44,886 nucleotides of DNA, taken from the NCBI GenBank assembly GCA_013812265.1, contig JACCTQ010000121.1, positions 1 to 44,886 on the forward strand. Reading direction: 5' to 3'. The position numbers and the translations under genes are program-made. The DNA is from Actinomycetota bacterium (GTDB taxonomy: Bacteria > Actinomycetota > Thermoleophilia > Gaiellales > Gaiellaceae). Shown piece after piece: positions 16,310 to 25,631 of the stretch; the stretch's first letter is position 1; each line of letters begins with the position of its first letter. Under the pieces are notes generated by a model, which saw only the letters and a list, made by a program, of their open reading frames with translations, made no database searches and was not told the origin of the DNA.

Positions 16310-17818
16310 CTAGGCCACCGCGCCGACGCCGGCCGTATCGCTGAGCTTGTCCTTCAGGTAGCGGAGGTACGGGCCTGGGTCGATGGGACCGCCGACGATG
16401 CGGTCGAGCAGCTCCTTGGGAGCGAACTTGCGGCCGTGCCGGTGTACGTTCTCGCGCAGCCATTCCCGGAGCTCTCGAAACTCTCCGGCCTCGATCTGGT
16501 CATCCAGATCCGGCATGGCTTCGCGCACCTTCTCCCAGAGCTGAACCGAGACCACGTTGCCGAGCGAGTACGTGGAGAAGTAGCCGAACGACCCGCCGGA
16601 CCAGTGGACGTCCTGCAGCGCGCCACGCCGTGCATCCGGGACGTCGATTCCGAGGTACTCCTTCATCCGCGCATCCCAGGCCTCCGGGACGTCGGCGAGC
16701 GCGAGTTTCCCGGTCAGCATCTCCTGCTCCAGCTCGAAGCGCAGGATGACGTGAAGGTTGTAGGTCACCTCGTCGGCGTCGACGCGGATCAGCGACGGCT
16801 GCACCCGATTGACCGCGCGGTAGAACGCCTCCTCGTCCACCTGCGCGAGCGCCGGGAACGCCTGCTGGAGCCGGGGATAGAAGTGGCGCCAGAAGGGGCG
16901 GCTACGACCGACCAGGTTTTCCCACATGCGGCTCTGCGACTCGTGGAAGGCGTACGACACGCCCTCACAGAGCGGCGTCCGGTCCAGAGCGAGATCGACG
17001 CCGTTCTCGTACAGGCCGTGCCCACACTCGTGCATCGCCGAGAAGAGCGAGTGCAGGTCGTCCTCCGCGTAGCGGCTCGTCAGGCGGATGTCGTTGGGGC
17101 CCGCCGAGCTCGCGAACGGGTGCACGGAGCGGTCGAGGCGCCAGCCCTCCGGGTCGAATCCGAACCCTCGAATCACCTGGAGCGAGAACTCGTGCTGCGC
17201 GTCGGGCGAAAACGGGCCGCGCATGAACGCGTCTTCTTCGCCGTTCGACGCGGCAGCGGCCTCGATCAGTGGGGGCAGCTCCCGTTTCAACTCGTCGAAG
17301 ACCGCATTCACCTCGACCGTCGTCAGGTCCTGCTCGTAGTCGTCCAGGAGGACGTCGTAGATGTCGCGGCCGTCGTCCATGCACTCGACGTAGCGATGAG
17401 TCAGGTCGATGTTCTTCTGCAGATACGGTAGGAAGAGCGAGAAGTCCGATCGTTTGCGCGCCTCGGCCCAGACCGGCTGAGCAATGGATGCGGCGCGGGC
17501 CCTCTCCCCGTGCAGCTCCGGTGGGACTTTGCGCGCCTTCTCGTAGTCGCGACGCACCACGCGGATGAGACTCGCCTCGTCCGAGTCGTAGGCCATCTCG
17601 CCCTCGAAGGACGCAAGCTCGTCGAGGAGACGTCCGATCTCGGAAGCCGTGAACCGCTCGTGCGCGATGCGCCCGAGGCTCGCGAGCTGCTCGGCCCGCG
17701 AGCTCACGCCCAGCGGAGGCATCATCGTTTCCTGGTCCCACTCCAGCAGGTGGGCGGCCCGTCTTAGGTCCTCGACCTCGGCCAGTCGGGTTCTCAGCTC
17801 GGCGTACTTCTCGTTCAC
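16310..17818 (-). CDS. M32 (Taq-type) carboxypeptidase
   Basis: ...LLEWDQETMMPP...HPF...AMHECGHGLYE...HESQSRMWEN... Start set at GTG 17818 (VNEKYAELRTRL), with AGAGGAG 5 nt upstream. The track N-terminus is an Arg-rich extension. Confidence 0.9.
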   Translation of the reverse strand: MNEKYAELRTRLAEVEDLRRAAHLLEWDQETMMPPLGVSSRAEQLASLGRIAHERFTASEIGRLLDELASFEGEMAYDSDEASLIRVVRRDYEKARKVPPELHGERARAASIAQPVWAEARKRSDFSLFLPYLQKNIDLTHRYVECMDDGRDIYDVLLDDYEQDLTTVEVNAVFDELKRELPPLIEAAAASNGEEDAFMRGPFSPDAQHEFSLQVIRGFGFDPEGWRLDRSVHPFASSAGPNDIRLTSRYAEDDLHSLFSAMHECGHGLYENGVDLALDRTPLCEGVSYAFHESQSRMWENLVGRSRPFWRHFYPRLQQAFPALAQVDEEAFYRAVNRVQPSLIRVDADEVTYNLHVILRFELEQEMLTGKLALADVPEAWDARMKEYLGIDVPDARRGALQDVHWSGGSFGYFSTYSLGNVVSVQLWEKVREAMPDLDDQIEAGEFRELREWLRENVHRHGRKFAPKELLDRIVGGPIDPGPYLRYLKDKLSDTAGVGAVA

Positions 17819-17853
17819 TCGGCTCCTCTCGGTCGCGAACTTGTCCAACCTAC

Positions 17854-18030
17854 CTACTTCGGCGACCGCCGCCTTGCCTGGAGCTCGGCCAGCCAGGCGA
17901 GGGCGCGAAGACCGAGCCACACCGGTGTCAGCAGGACGTAGAACACGACCATCGCCGCGCCGAGCGTTGCCCACCAGGACCCCCAACGCCAGAGCGGAAT
18001 CGGCGGTTTAGCCTTTGGGGACAGGCTCAA
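17854..18030 (-). CDS. Candidate small membrane protein (58 aa, below the ORF-track cutoff)
   Basis: My translation is (L)SLSPKAKPPIPLWRWGSWWATLGAAMVVFYVLLTPVWLGLRALAWLAELQARRRSPK*. TTG 18030..18028 overlaps the TGA of the upstream kinase gene (TTGA). Third-codon positions are mostly G/C, and the core is hydrophobic and Trp-rich. Confidence 0.45.
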   Translation of the reverse strand: MSLSPKAKPPIPLWRWGSWWATLGAAMVVFYVLLTPVWLGLRALAWLAELQARRRSPK

Positions 18031-18851
18031 GCCACAGCCGCTTCGGCGCGCCGCTGATCCACCAGGCGGATGATGCGGTGGGCGGTCTCTTCGATCGAGA
18101 TATCCGACACCTCGATCACAGGGCAGCCGAGCCGGCGGTGGATGGCCGCCGCCTCGTCGAGCTCGTCGTAGATCTGCACGAGCTCGGCATATGCCCTCTT
18201 CGATGCTCCCATGTTCCGTGCGCGCGCCTGCCGGATCTCGGAGAGCCGGCTCGCGTCGATGGTCAGCCCCACCACCTTGGCAGGCTCGATCTCGAACAGC
18301 TCACGGGGCGGCTCGATGCCCTTCACGATCGGGACGTTAGCCGTCTTGTGGCCGAGGTAGCCGAGATACATGGAGAGCGGTGTCTTCGACGTCCGGGACA
18401 CGCCGACGAGAACGATGTCTGCCTCGTGCAGGCCGCTGCCGACGCCATCGTCGTACTTGACCGCGAACTCGATTGCCTCGATGCGGCGGAAGTACGCCGA
18501 GTCCAGGGGATGGCGCGAGCCGGGAGTCATCCGCGCAGGCATGCCCGAGACGCGCCGGACCGCCTCGATGGGCTGTCCGAGCAAATCGCAGTAGTGGAGG
18601 CGGGCGCGGCGGCAAAGCATGCGCATCGCGTCTCGGAGCTCGGGCTCGACCAGGGTGTAGACAACGACGGTGCGCCGTCCCCGCGCCCGGCTGACGGCGC
18701 GGCGAAGGTCTTCGACCGTCTCCACACGCGGGTGGCGGATCTCGTCGAACGGCTGATCCGGAAACTGCGCCTCCAGCGCGTGGACGAGGCGGACCGCCGT
18801 CTCGCCGGTCGAGTCGGAGACGACATGGAGCTCCACGGGATCGGCCGCCAC
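18027..18851 (-). CDS. Pyruvate, phosphate dikinase regulatory protein (PDRP/PpsR, DUF299 kinase-pyrophosphorylase)
   Basis: ...LHVVSDSTGETA...IVLVGVSRTSKTPLSMYLGYLGHKTANVPIV... is typical of DUF299. ppdK lies two genes downstream on the same strand. Confidence 0.9.
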   Translation of the reverse strand: MAADPVELHVVSDSTGETAVRLVHALEAQFPDQPFDEIRHPRVETVEDLRRAVSRARGRRTVVVYTLVEPELRDAMRMLCRRARLHYCDLLGQPIEAVRRVSGMPARMTPGSRHPLDSAYFRRIEAIEFAVKYDDGVGSGLHEADIVLVGVSRTSKTPLSMYLGYLGHKTANVPIVKGIEPPRELFEIEPAKVVGLTIDASRLSEIRQARARNMGASKRAYAELVQIYDELDEAAAIHRRLGCPVIEVSDISIEETAHRIIRLVDQRRAEAAVA

Positions 18852-18916
18852 CGGCGTATTGTCGCGCTTCTGCCGCTAACGTTGCCGACCCGACCCCCGA
18901 GCTGCTGCGAGGAGCC

Positions 18917-20293
18917 ATGGCCGAGACCGAGCCGCCCACCACCGACTCCGCCACGATGGACAAGATCGTCTCGCTCTGCCGCCGGCGCGGGTTCGTGTTT
19001 CCTTCCTCCGAGATCTACGGCGGACTCGGCTCGACGTACGACTACGGCCACTACGGCGTCCTGCTGAAGAACAACATCAAGGCGCGCTGGCTCGAGGCGA
19101 TGACGCAAGAGCGTGACGACATCGTGGCGCTGGACTCGGCGGTGATCCTCCACCCGAAGGTCTGGGAGGCGTCCGGGCACGTCTCGGGCTTCACTGACCC
19201 GTTGGTGGACTGCCGCGTGTGCAAGAAGCGCTTTCGCGCGGATCGGCTCGAGGACGAGCGCTGCGAACGCAAACCAAGCCTCCAGCCGGGACAGGGACCG
19301 GAGTGCGATCTCACGGAGGCGCGGCAGTTCAACCTCATGTTCGAGACGACGGTCGGTGCGGTGCAAGAGGCGGGCTCAAAGGCATACCTCCGGCCCGAGA
19401 CCGCGCAGGGCATCTTCATCAACTTCAAGAACGTGCTCCAGGTCGCGCGGCGCAAGCCCCCGTTCGGCATCGCGCAGGTCGGAAAGTCGTTCCGCAACGA
19501 GATCACGCCGGGGAACTTCCTCTTTCGCGTGCGCGAGTTCGAGCTCATGGAGATGGAGTTCTTCGTCCCCCCTGCCGAGGCCGAGCAGTGGCATCGCACG
19601 TGGATCGACGAGCGCTTGCGCTGGTATCTCCGCTACGGCCTGCGCGAGGGCCGGCTGCGCGTGCGCGCCCACACCGGGGAGGAACTCTCGCACTACTCCA
19701 GCGCCACGAGCGACATCGAGTACCTCTATCCCATCGGCTGGTCCGAGCTAGAGGGCGTAGCGAATCGCGGTGACTTCGACCTGAGGCAGCACACCACGCA
19801 CTCCACGACGACGCTCGAGTACGTCGGCTCGGACGGAGAGAGATACGTCCCGCATGTGATCGAGCCCGCCGTGAGCGTCGAGCGCATGTTTCTCGCCTTC
19901 GTCATCGACGGCTACGACGAGGAGGTGGTGGGGGACCGGCAGCGCACCGTTCTCCGCCTGCATCCACAGCTGGCGCCCGTCAAGGCAGCGATCCTGCCGC
20001 TGGTCGCAAAAGACGAGGGGATGGTCAGCCGCGCGCGCTCTCTCTACGACGATCTGCGCGACGGGTTCATGGTGGAGTACGACGACGGCGGCGCCATCGG
20101 GCGGCGCTACCGCCGGCAAGACGAGATCGGCACCCCGTTCGCGTTCACGATCGACGAGCAGACGCTCGCGGACGACACGATCACCGTCCGCGACCGTGAC
20201 TCCCTCGCCCAAGAGCGGATCGGCGTCGCGCAGGCCCCTGCCTATCTCGGCGAAGCGGTTCGGCGCCACTGGACGAGCCCGAAGTTCAAGTGA
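18917..20293 (+). CDS. glyQS: Glycine--tRNA ligase (homodimeric class II type)
   Basis: ...IVSLCRRRGFVFPSSEIYGGLGSTYDYGHYGVLLKNNIK...LRPETAQGIFINF...FRNEITPGNFLFRVREFELMEMEFF... GAGGAG lies before ATG 18917. Confidence 0.95.
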   Translation: MAETEPPTTDSATMDKIVSLCRRRGFVFPSSEIYGGLGSTYDYGHYGVLLKNNIKARWLEAMTQERDDIVALDSAVILHPKVWEASGHVSGFTDPLVDCRVCKKRFRADRLEDERCERKPSLQPGQGPECDLTEARQFNLMFETTVGAVQEAGSKAYLRPETAQGIFINFKNVLQVARRKPPFGIAQVGKSFRNEITPGNFLFRVREFELMEMEFFVPPAEAEQWHRTWIDERLRWYLRYGLREGRLRVRAHTGEELSHYSSATSDIEYLYPIGWSELEGVANRGDFDLRQHTTHSTTTLEYVGSDGERYVPHVIEPAVSVERMFLAFVIDGYDEEVVGDRQRTVLRLHPQLAPVKAAILPLVAKDEGMVSRARSLYDDLRDGFMVEYDDGGAIGRRYRRQDEIGTPFAFTIDEQTLADDTITVRDRDSLAQERIGVAQAPAYLGEAVRRHWTSPKFK

Positions 20294-21441
20294 CGGGCAT
20301 TGCTGTCGGACCGCCGTGGCGGCACGAGCCGGCGGGTAGATTCGACGAGCGGACGAACGCGAGCGAGGCGCTCCGCGGCAACCCGCTCGGCGATCCCCAC
20401 GAACGCCCGATGTGGGTCTACCTCCCACCGGGATACGACCAGGATCCAGGGCGGCGGTACCCCTCCGTCTACGTCATCCAGGGGTACACCGGCCAGCTCG
20501 ACATGTGGCGTAACCGAACACCCTTCGGGGCGAAGACGTTTCCCGAGCTCGTCGACGAGCTGTTTGCCGGCGGGGACGTGCCGCCCTGCATCGTCGTCTG
20601 GGTGGACGCGTGGACGTCGATCGGAGGCAGCCAGTTCCTCGACTCGCCGGCCATCGGGCGCTACCACACCTACCTCTGCGACGAGATCGTCCCGTGGGTC
20701 GACGCGAACTACCGGACCCTGGCCCACGCCGCCCACCGAGGCATCCAGGGCAAGTCGAGCGGCGGGTACGGGGCCATGGTCACGCCCATGCTGCGGCCCG
20801 ATCTCTTCGGCGGGCTCGCCACGCACGCGGGCGATGCGCTCTTCGAGAGCTGCTACGCCCGTGAGTTCCCCGAGGCTGCCCGCGCCCTGCGGGATCATTA
20901 CGACGGCTCGTTCGAGCAGTTCTGGGACGACCTGCGCAGCCGTCCTCTCTCGCCGCAGCCCTGGGACCCGCCGCTCGTGACGGCCTGGGGGATGGCGGCC
21001 GCCTACTCGGCCGACGAGGACGGAACGGTCCACCTTCCGTTCGACGTCGAGACGGGCCGCATCGTGCCCGAGGTCTGGGAGCGCTGGCTGGCGAGGGACC
21101 CGGTGCGGATGGTTCCGCGGCACGCCGAGACGCTTCGGGGGATGCGGGCGATCTACATCGACTCGGGGCGAAGCGACGAGTACTTCCTCGATCTCGGCGC
21201 CGAGGCGTTCCGGCGAGCGTTGGTCGAAATCGGCGTGACCGACGTGTTCTTCGAGCTCTTCGAGGGGACGCACGCCGGGCTCACGTGGCGCTATCCGATC
21301 GCGCTCCGGTATCTCGCGGAGCGCCTGGCTCCCGTAGGCTTCGCAGGGCCTGGCAGCCCGAGCTTCTCGCAGAGCGCGGGTGCGTCCCGCTGGCAGTTCC
21401 AGCGGCGGCATAACATTTGCTTCAGTGCGGGTGACACTTAA
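20290..21441 (+). CDS. Putative esterase-family alpha/beta hydrolase (enterochelin-esterase/esterase D-like)
   Basis: ...MWVYLPPGYD...YPSVYVIQGYTG...IQGKSSGGYGAM (GxSxG)... GTGA overlap with the glyQS stop. Confidence 0.8.
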   Translation: MTGIAVGPPWRHEPAGRFDERTNASEALRGNPLGDPHERPMWVYLPPGYDQDPGRRYPSVYVIQGYTGQLDMWRNRTPFGAKTFPELVDELFAGGDVPPCIVVWVDAWTSIGGSQFLDSPAIGRYHTYLCDEIVPWVDANYRTLAHAAHRGIQGKSSGGYGAMVTPMLRPDLFGGLATHAGDALFESCYAREFPEAARALRDHYDGSFEQFWDDLRSRPLSPQPWDPPLVTAWGMAAAYSADEDGTVHLPFDVETGRIVPEVWERWLARDPVRMVPRHAETLRGMRAIYIDSGRSDEYFLDLGAEAFRRALVEIGVTDVFFELFEGTHAGLTWRYPIALRYLAERLAPVGFAGPGSPSFSQSAGASRWQFQRRHNICFSAGDT

Positions 21442-21646
21442 CCGGCGGACGGACACCGTCTGCATCTATCTCACTGAGTACGAAGACGCGGATGTCGCGC
21501 GTCAATCCTCGCTCGTTGCGCATGACATTCGCGGAGACTTCTTCTTCGACCTCGACAAACGCGGCGTACTGCTTGGAATCCAAGTCAAGTTCGCGGCGAG
21601 TGGTCTACCGAGCGATTTTCTGGAGGCCGCTGAGCCTGCCCAATAA
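21425..21646 (+). CDS. DUF2283-like small protein
   Basis: ...TDTVCIYLTEYEDADVARQSSLVAHDIRGDFFFDLDKRGVLLGIQVKFAASGLP fits the DUF2283 pattern (D-x-hYI...D-x-D-x-x-G-x-hhGIEh). The start is GTG 21425 or 21431, overlapping the esterase 3' end. Confidence 0.65.
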   Translation: MRVTLNRRTDTVCIYLTEYEDADVARQSSLVAHDIRGDFFFDLDKRGVLLGIQVKFAASGLPSDFLEAAEPAQ

Positions 21647-21671
21647 TTTCGCCGTAAGAAATTCGGCCCTA

Positions 21672-22418
21672 TTACCCGGCCGAGAGCGTGCGCAGACGAA
21701 AGCCGCCGTGGTACTCGTACGAAGTCACGATCACGCTGAGCGCCTCGCGCGACGCGCGGTCTCCGAGAGCCGCGTCACTCGCTTCGGCCAGCGGCCGGCG
21801 CAGCAGCTCGCCGATACCGGCGACGCCCTGCGGTGAAAGCGGTATCGCTCCGGCCGAGCACGCTGTGCAGACTGCGCCCCCGGCCTTCGGCGAGTAGCCG
21901 GCGAGAGGGCCGGCGGCACCGCAATCGGCACAGCTCGCCATGTGGGGGAGGTACCCGGAGAGCCACAGGAGCTTGAGCTGAAACGAGAGCGCGAGTGGAT
22001 CCAGCGCCGGTCGAGCCGGTGCGCGGCTGGGAAGCTCGTCGAGCAGCTCCAGGAAGCGGGTCAGGGCTAGAAAGGCGCGGGAATTCGCCTCTTGCTCGCT
22101 GTACAGACGCAGCATCGCTTCCAGCCCGACCAGCCCGGCGCCGAGGCGGTAGGAGTCTTCGCGGGCGGCCCGGTGCGAGTGCAGAAGATCGACACCCGTG
22201 ACCGTCTGCAGCTCGCCGCTGCCTTGATGGAGCATCATCGCGACGTGACTCAGCGGCTCGAGGCGCGCGCCGAAGCGCGACTTCGTGCGCCGGATGCCCT
22301 TCGCGACCGCACCCACCCGGCCGCGCTCGAGCGTGTACAGGTGGAGTACGCGATCGGCCTCGCCGAGACGGAACGAGCGCAGAACGACCGCCTCCGTCTT
22401 GTAGCTGCGACCGGCCAT
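21672..22418 (-). CDS. recO: DNA repair protein RecO
   Basis: MAGRSYKTEAVVLRSFRLGEADRVLHLYT...GRVGAVAKGIRRTKSRFGARLEP...CADCGA...VCTAC zinc motif. ATG 22418 is used because the track N-terminal 59 aa are an extension. Confidence 0.9.
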   Translation of the reverse strand: MAGRSYKTEAVVLRSFRLGEADRVLHLYTLERGRVGAVAKGIRRTKSRFGARLEPLSHVAMMLHQGSGELQTVTGVDLLHSHRAAREDSYRLGAGLVGLEAMLRLYSEQEANSRAFLALTRFLELLDELPSRAPARPALDPLALSFQLKLLWLSGYLPHMASCADCGAAGPLAGYSPKAGGAVCTACSAGAIPLSPQGVAGIGELLRRPLAEASDAALGDRASREALSVIVTSYEYHGGFRLRTLSAG

Positions 22419-22478
22419 GCAGCTAGTGTAGGTCGGGCGTAGGCCGGGATACGACGCCCGGCCGGAGGCTTGGCTCGA

Positions 22479-22733
22479 ATGGGGAAAATCGAGGTGTATA
22501 CGACTCGGTGGTGCGGCTACTGCGTCCGCGCGAAGGCGCTGCTGGACGAGAAGAGCGCTTCCTACGACGAGATCGAGCTGGACGACGACCCGCACTTCAG
22601 GCGGCGGCTACACGAGCTCACCGGCGGCTGGACGGTGCCGCAGATCGTCATCGACGGCGATCCGATCGGCGGCTACACGGAGCTTTGGCGGCTGGTGAAG
22701 AGCGGAGAGCTCGACGCGAGACTCGCGGCGTGA
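22479..22733 (+). CDS. grxC: Glutaredoxin (GrxC-like)
   Basis: MGKIEVYTTRWCGYCVRAKALLDEK...TVPQIVIDGDPIGGYTEL with a CxxC active site. GGAGG lies 10 nt before ATG 22479. Confidence 0.88.
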   Translation: MGKIEVYTTRWCGYCVRAKALLDEKSASYDEIELDDDPHFRRRLHELTGGWTVPQIVIDGDPIGGYTELWRLVKSGELDARLAA

Positions 22734-22734
22734 C

Positions 22735-23583
22735 CTATCCGGATGCTTGCGCCGCGGCCTCGACCTGGCACCCCGGGCAGTACGACGTTCCTCGGCCGGC
22801 TGCCCGGATCTTCTCGATCGCCGTGCCGCATCGGTAGCACGGCTGGCCTTCGCGGCCGTAGACCCGGAACTCGTGCTGCATTGACCCCGGCTCGCCGTCC
22901 GGCGTCCGGTAATCGCGCAACGTGGAGCCCTGAAGCGCGAGACCGGTCTGCAGCGCGCCGCGGATCGCCCGGTGCAGTCGTCGCACGTCCTCCGGTTGCA
23001 ACGACCGTGCCTGCGATCGTGGATGGATTCTGGCTCGCCACAGAGCCTCGTCCGCATAGATGTTTCCCATGCCGGCGAGTGCCCGCTGGTCGAGCAGGGC
23101 GGCCTTGATCGGTGTGCGGCGATTGACGAGGCGGGCAGCGAGGGCGGCGGCCGTGAAACGGCGGCCGAGCGGCTCTTCGCCGAGGCGTTTCGCGAGGTAC
23201 GGATCGAGCTCGTCCGGTTCCAGCAGACGCCACGTGCCGAAGCGGCGCACATCGCGATAGCCAACGTCCGATCCGTCGTCTAACCTGACAACAGCTCGTC
23301 GGTACGGATCGTCGGCCAGAGTTCCGTCATAGGCGTGCTGCAACGTTCCCGTCATCCGGAGGTGAATCAGGAGAACCCGCCGACTCTCGAACCGAAAAAT
23401 CAGATACTTGCCGCGTCGCTCGACGGACGCGATGCGCTGGCCCTGAAGCTCCGCCGCGACGCTCTCCGGAGGAAACGGCATCGTCAACCGTTCGTCGCTG
23501 ATCGTGACGCGATCAAATCGGCGGCCGAGCAAGAGCGGCTCCAAGCGCGCGCGGATCGTCTCGACCTCGGGCAGCTCTGGCAC
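22735..23583 (-). CDS. mutM: Formamidopyrimidine-DNA glycosylase
   Basis: (V)PELPEVETIRARL...C-terminal CYRCGTAIEKIRAAGRGTSYCPGCQ zinc finger. The start must be GTG 23583 so that the catalytic Pro becomes residue 2. The track start at 23589 would bury it. Confidence 0.93.
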   Translation of the reverse strand: MPELPEVETIRARLEPLLLGRRFDRVTISDERLTMPFPPESVAAELQGQRIASVERRGKYLIFRFESRRVLLIHLRMTGTLQHAYDGTLADDPYRRAVVRLDDGSDVGYRDVRRFGTWRLLEPDELDPYLAKRLGEEPLGRRFTAAALAARLVNRRTPIKAALLDQRALAGMGNIYADEALWRARIHPRSQARSLQPEDVRRLHRAIRGALQTGLALQGSTLRDYRTPDGEPGSMQHEFRVYGREGQPCYRCGTAIEKIRAAGRGTSYCPGCQVEAAAQASG

Positions 23584-23625
23584 GCCCACAAGGTAAACGG
23601 CGCGGGGCGCTGGGCGGCGGGGGTT

Positions 23626-24924
23626 CTAGCGCACGACGTCGAGCACGACGGACGTGGGCTGCGGCGGCCCCGCAGCCAGCTCGTATGCCTCCGCAACGGC
23701 GACGGCAGCCCGTTCGGCCGAAGGGTCGTCGCGAGCATGGATCTGTGCCAGGACGTCACCTTCTGCGACCGCGTCGCCGCGCTTCCTGAGGCAGACGACG
23801 CCGACCGCGTGGTCGATCCGATCGTCCTTCGTCCGCCGGCCGGCGCCCAGGTCGAGGGCGGCCACGCCAACCCGGATCGCTCCCAGGCGGCTCACGAACC
23901 CGCTGGCACCGGCTCGTACCTCATGGCGCACGGGCGCCTGCGGCAGCGCCGATTCCGCTGGATCACCGCCCTGGGCAGCGATCCAGCGATCCCACAGGGC
24001 AAGCGCGGACCCGTCGGAGATCGCTGCCTCGGCGCGAGTTCGGCCCCTGCCTTCGTCCGTGCCCAGGTCGGACAGCGCGAGCAGGTGCGCGCACGCCGCG
24101 AGCACGAGCTCCGTGAAGTCAGGCGGGCCCTCCCCGCGGAGCGTCCGCACCGCCTCGCGGATCTCCAGCGCGTTCCCGACAGCCCTTCCGAGCGGCTGCT
24201 CCATGTCGGTGAGCAGGCACACGACCTCGAGACCGGCGCGCCGCCCGAGCTCGAGCATCATGTCGGCGAGCTCTCGCGCCTCGCCCAGCGACTTCATGAA
24301 CGCGCCGTCGCCCACCTTGACGTCGAGCACAATGGCATCGGCGCCGCCGGCGATCTTCTTGGACATGATGCTGGCCGCGATCAGCGAGACGTTGTCGACG
24401 GTCGCCGTGACATCACGAAGTCCGTAGAGCCGTTTGTCTGCAGGCACCAGATCGGCCGTCTGGCCGATGATGGCGAGGCCGACGGTGCGGATCTGCTCGA
24501 CGAACTCGTCGGCCGTGAGCTCGACGCGGAAGCCGGGAATGGACTCCAGCTTGTCGAGCGTGCCGCCCGTATGCCCGAGCCCCCTGCCGCTCATCTTCCC
24601 GAAAGGGACACCGCACGCGGCCACGATCGGACCGACGGCAAGCGACGTCTTGTCGCCGACCCCTCCGGTCGAATGCTTGTCCACCACCTTGCGCCCCAGC
24701 GCGGAGTGAAGGTCGATCGTCTCCCCGCTCCGGATCATCGCATCCGTGAGGGCAAAGGTTTCCGCGGCGGTGAGCCCGCGGAAATAGACCGCCATGCAGA
24801 AGGCTGCGAGCTGGTAGTCCGGTATGTCGCCGGTCGAGTAGCCGAGGACGAGCTCTTCGATCTCTTCGGCGGCGAGCTCGTGGCCGTCGCGCTTGCGCTC
24901 GATCAGCTCAGCAGGACGGATCAC
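23626..24924 (-). CDS. deoA: Thymidine/pyrimidine-nucleoside phosphorylase
   Basis: MIRPAELIERKRDGHELAAEEIE...DKHSTGGVGDKTSL...GKMSGRGLGHTGGTLDKLESIPGF... is the canonical family signature. Confidence 0.93.
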   Translation of the reverse strand: MIRPAELIERKRDGHELAAEEIEELVLGYSTGDIPDYQLAAFCMAVYFRGLTAAETFALTDAMIRSGETIDLHSALGRKVVDKHSTGGVGDKTSLAVGPIVAACGVPFGKMSGRGLGHTGGTLDKLESIPGFRVELTADEFVEQIRTVGLAIIGQTADLVPADKRLYGLRDVTATVDNVSLIAASIMSKKIAGGADAIVLDVKVGDGAFMKSLGEARELADMMLELGRRAGLEVVCLLTDMEQPLGRAVGNALEIREAVRTLRGEGPPDFTELVLAACAHLLALSDLGTDEGRGRTRAEAAISDGSALALWDRWIAAQGGDPAESALPQAPVRHEVRAGASGFVSRLGAIRVGVAALDLGAGRRTKDDRIDHAVGVVCLRKRGDAVAEGDVLAQIHARDDPSAERAAVAVAEAYELAAGPPQPTSVVLDVVR

Positions 24925-25631
24925 GCTTTCTCGGCGACGAAGATCATCGGACGGCGCCGCACGACCAGCGACCCCTCGAGCTCCGGCACCTCGCCGACGG
25001 CCTCGAAGAGCGGCGCCGACGGAACGACGTAGGCGAGGACCGCGTCACGATCGGGGAACGTCACCGTGCCGCCCGCGTCCCGCGACTCCACCCCCTCGAA
25101 ATGGGCCCGGAGCAACTCTTCCCCGTTCTCGCTGTTGAACGTCGTCAAGCGCTCGCCTGGCAAGCCGAGGAACTCGCGCAGCTCGCGCAGGTGGTCGATG
25201 CCGTTTGTGACGGCGATGAGCCGGCCACCCGGCAGCAGTACGCGCGCGAGCTCACCGAGCGCCCGCGCGACGTCTGGCACGTGGTAGAGCATCCAGGCGG
25301 CGACCACGCAGTCGAACTCGCCGTCCGCAAAGGGAAGCTCCTGGACGTCGCCCAGGCGGGCATCGACTCCCCGGCCTCGGGCCAGCTCTACCATGCGCTC
25401 GGAGCTGTCAACGGCGACGACCTGCGCACCCAGATCGTCTTGCACGCGAGCGGCCAGCTCGCCCGGCCCGCAACCAACCTCGAGGAAGCGGCTCGGCTGC
25501 ACCTCGGCCACCGCCTCGAAGACCATCTCGGGGGCATTCGGCCCTTCGGCATGGCGATACGCGTTCCGACGCGCCTGAAGGCCGGTTTCCGACGAGTAGT
25601 CCGGCCGAACGACCTTCGGATCGTAGGTCAT
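24921..25631 (-). CDS. Class I SAM-dependent methyltransferase
   Basis: ...RFLEVGCGPGELA...VVAVDSSERMVELAR...FDCVVAAWMLYHV... is the Methyltransf_11/25 motif I region. It has overlapping stop/start with both neighbours (ATGA, GTGA). Confidence 0.85.
   Translation of the reverse strand: MTYDPKVVRPDYSSETGLQARRNAYRHAEGPNAPEMVFEAVAEVQPSRFLEVGCGPGELAARVQDDLGAQVVAVDSSERMVELARGRGVDARLGDVQELPFADGEFDCVVAAWMLYHVPDVARALGELARVLLPGGRLIAVTNGIDHLRELREFLGLPGERLTTFNSENGEELLRAHFEGVESRDAGGTVTFPDRDAVLAYVVPSAPLFEAVGEVPELEGSLVVRRRPMIFVAEKA

Noticed and set aside
21645-21663. AATTTC-7 nt-GAAATT hairpin between the DUF2283-like gene and recO, considered as a bidirectional terminator
   Set aside because: The stem is only 6 bp and AT-rich, with no adjoining T tract. 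It is too weak to call.
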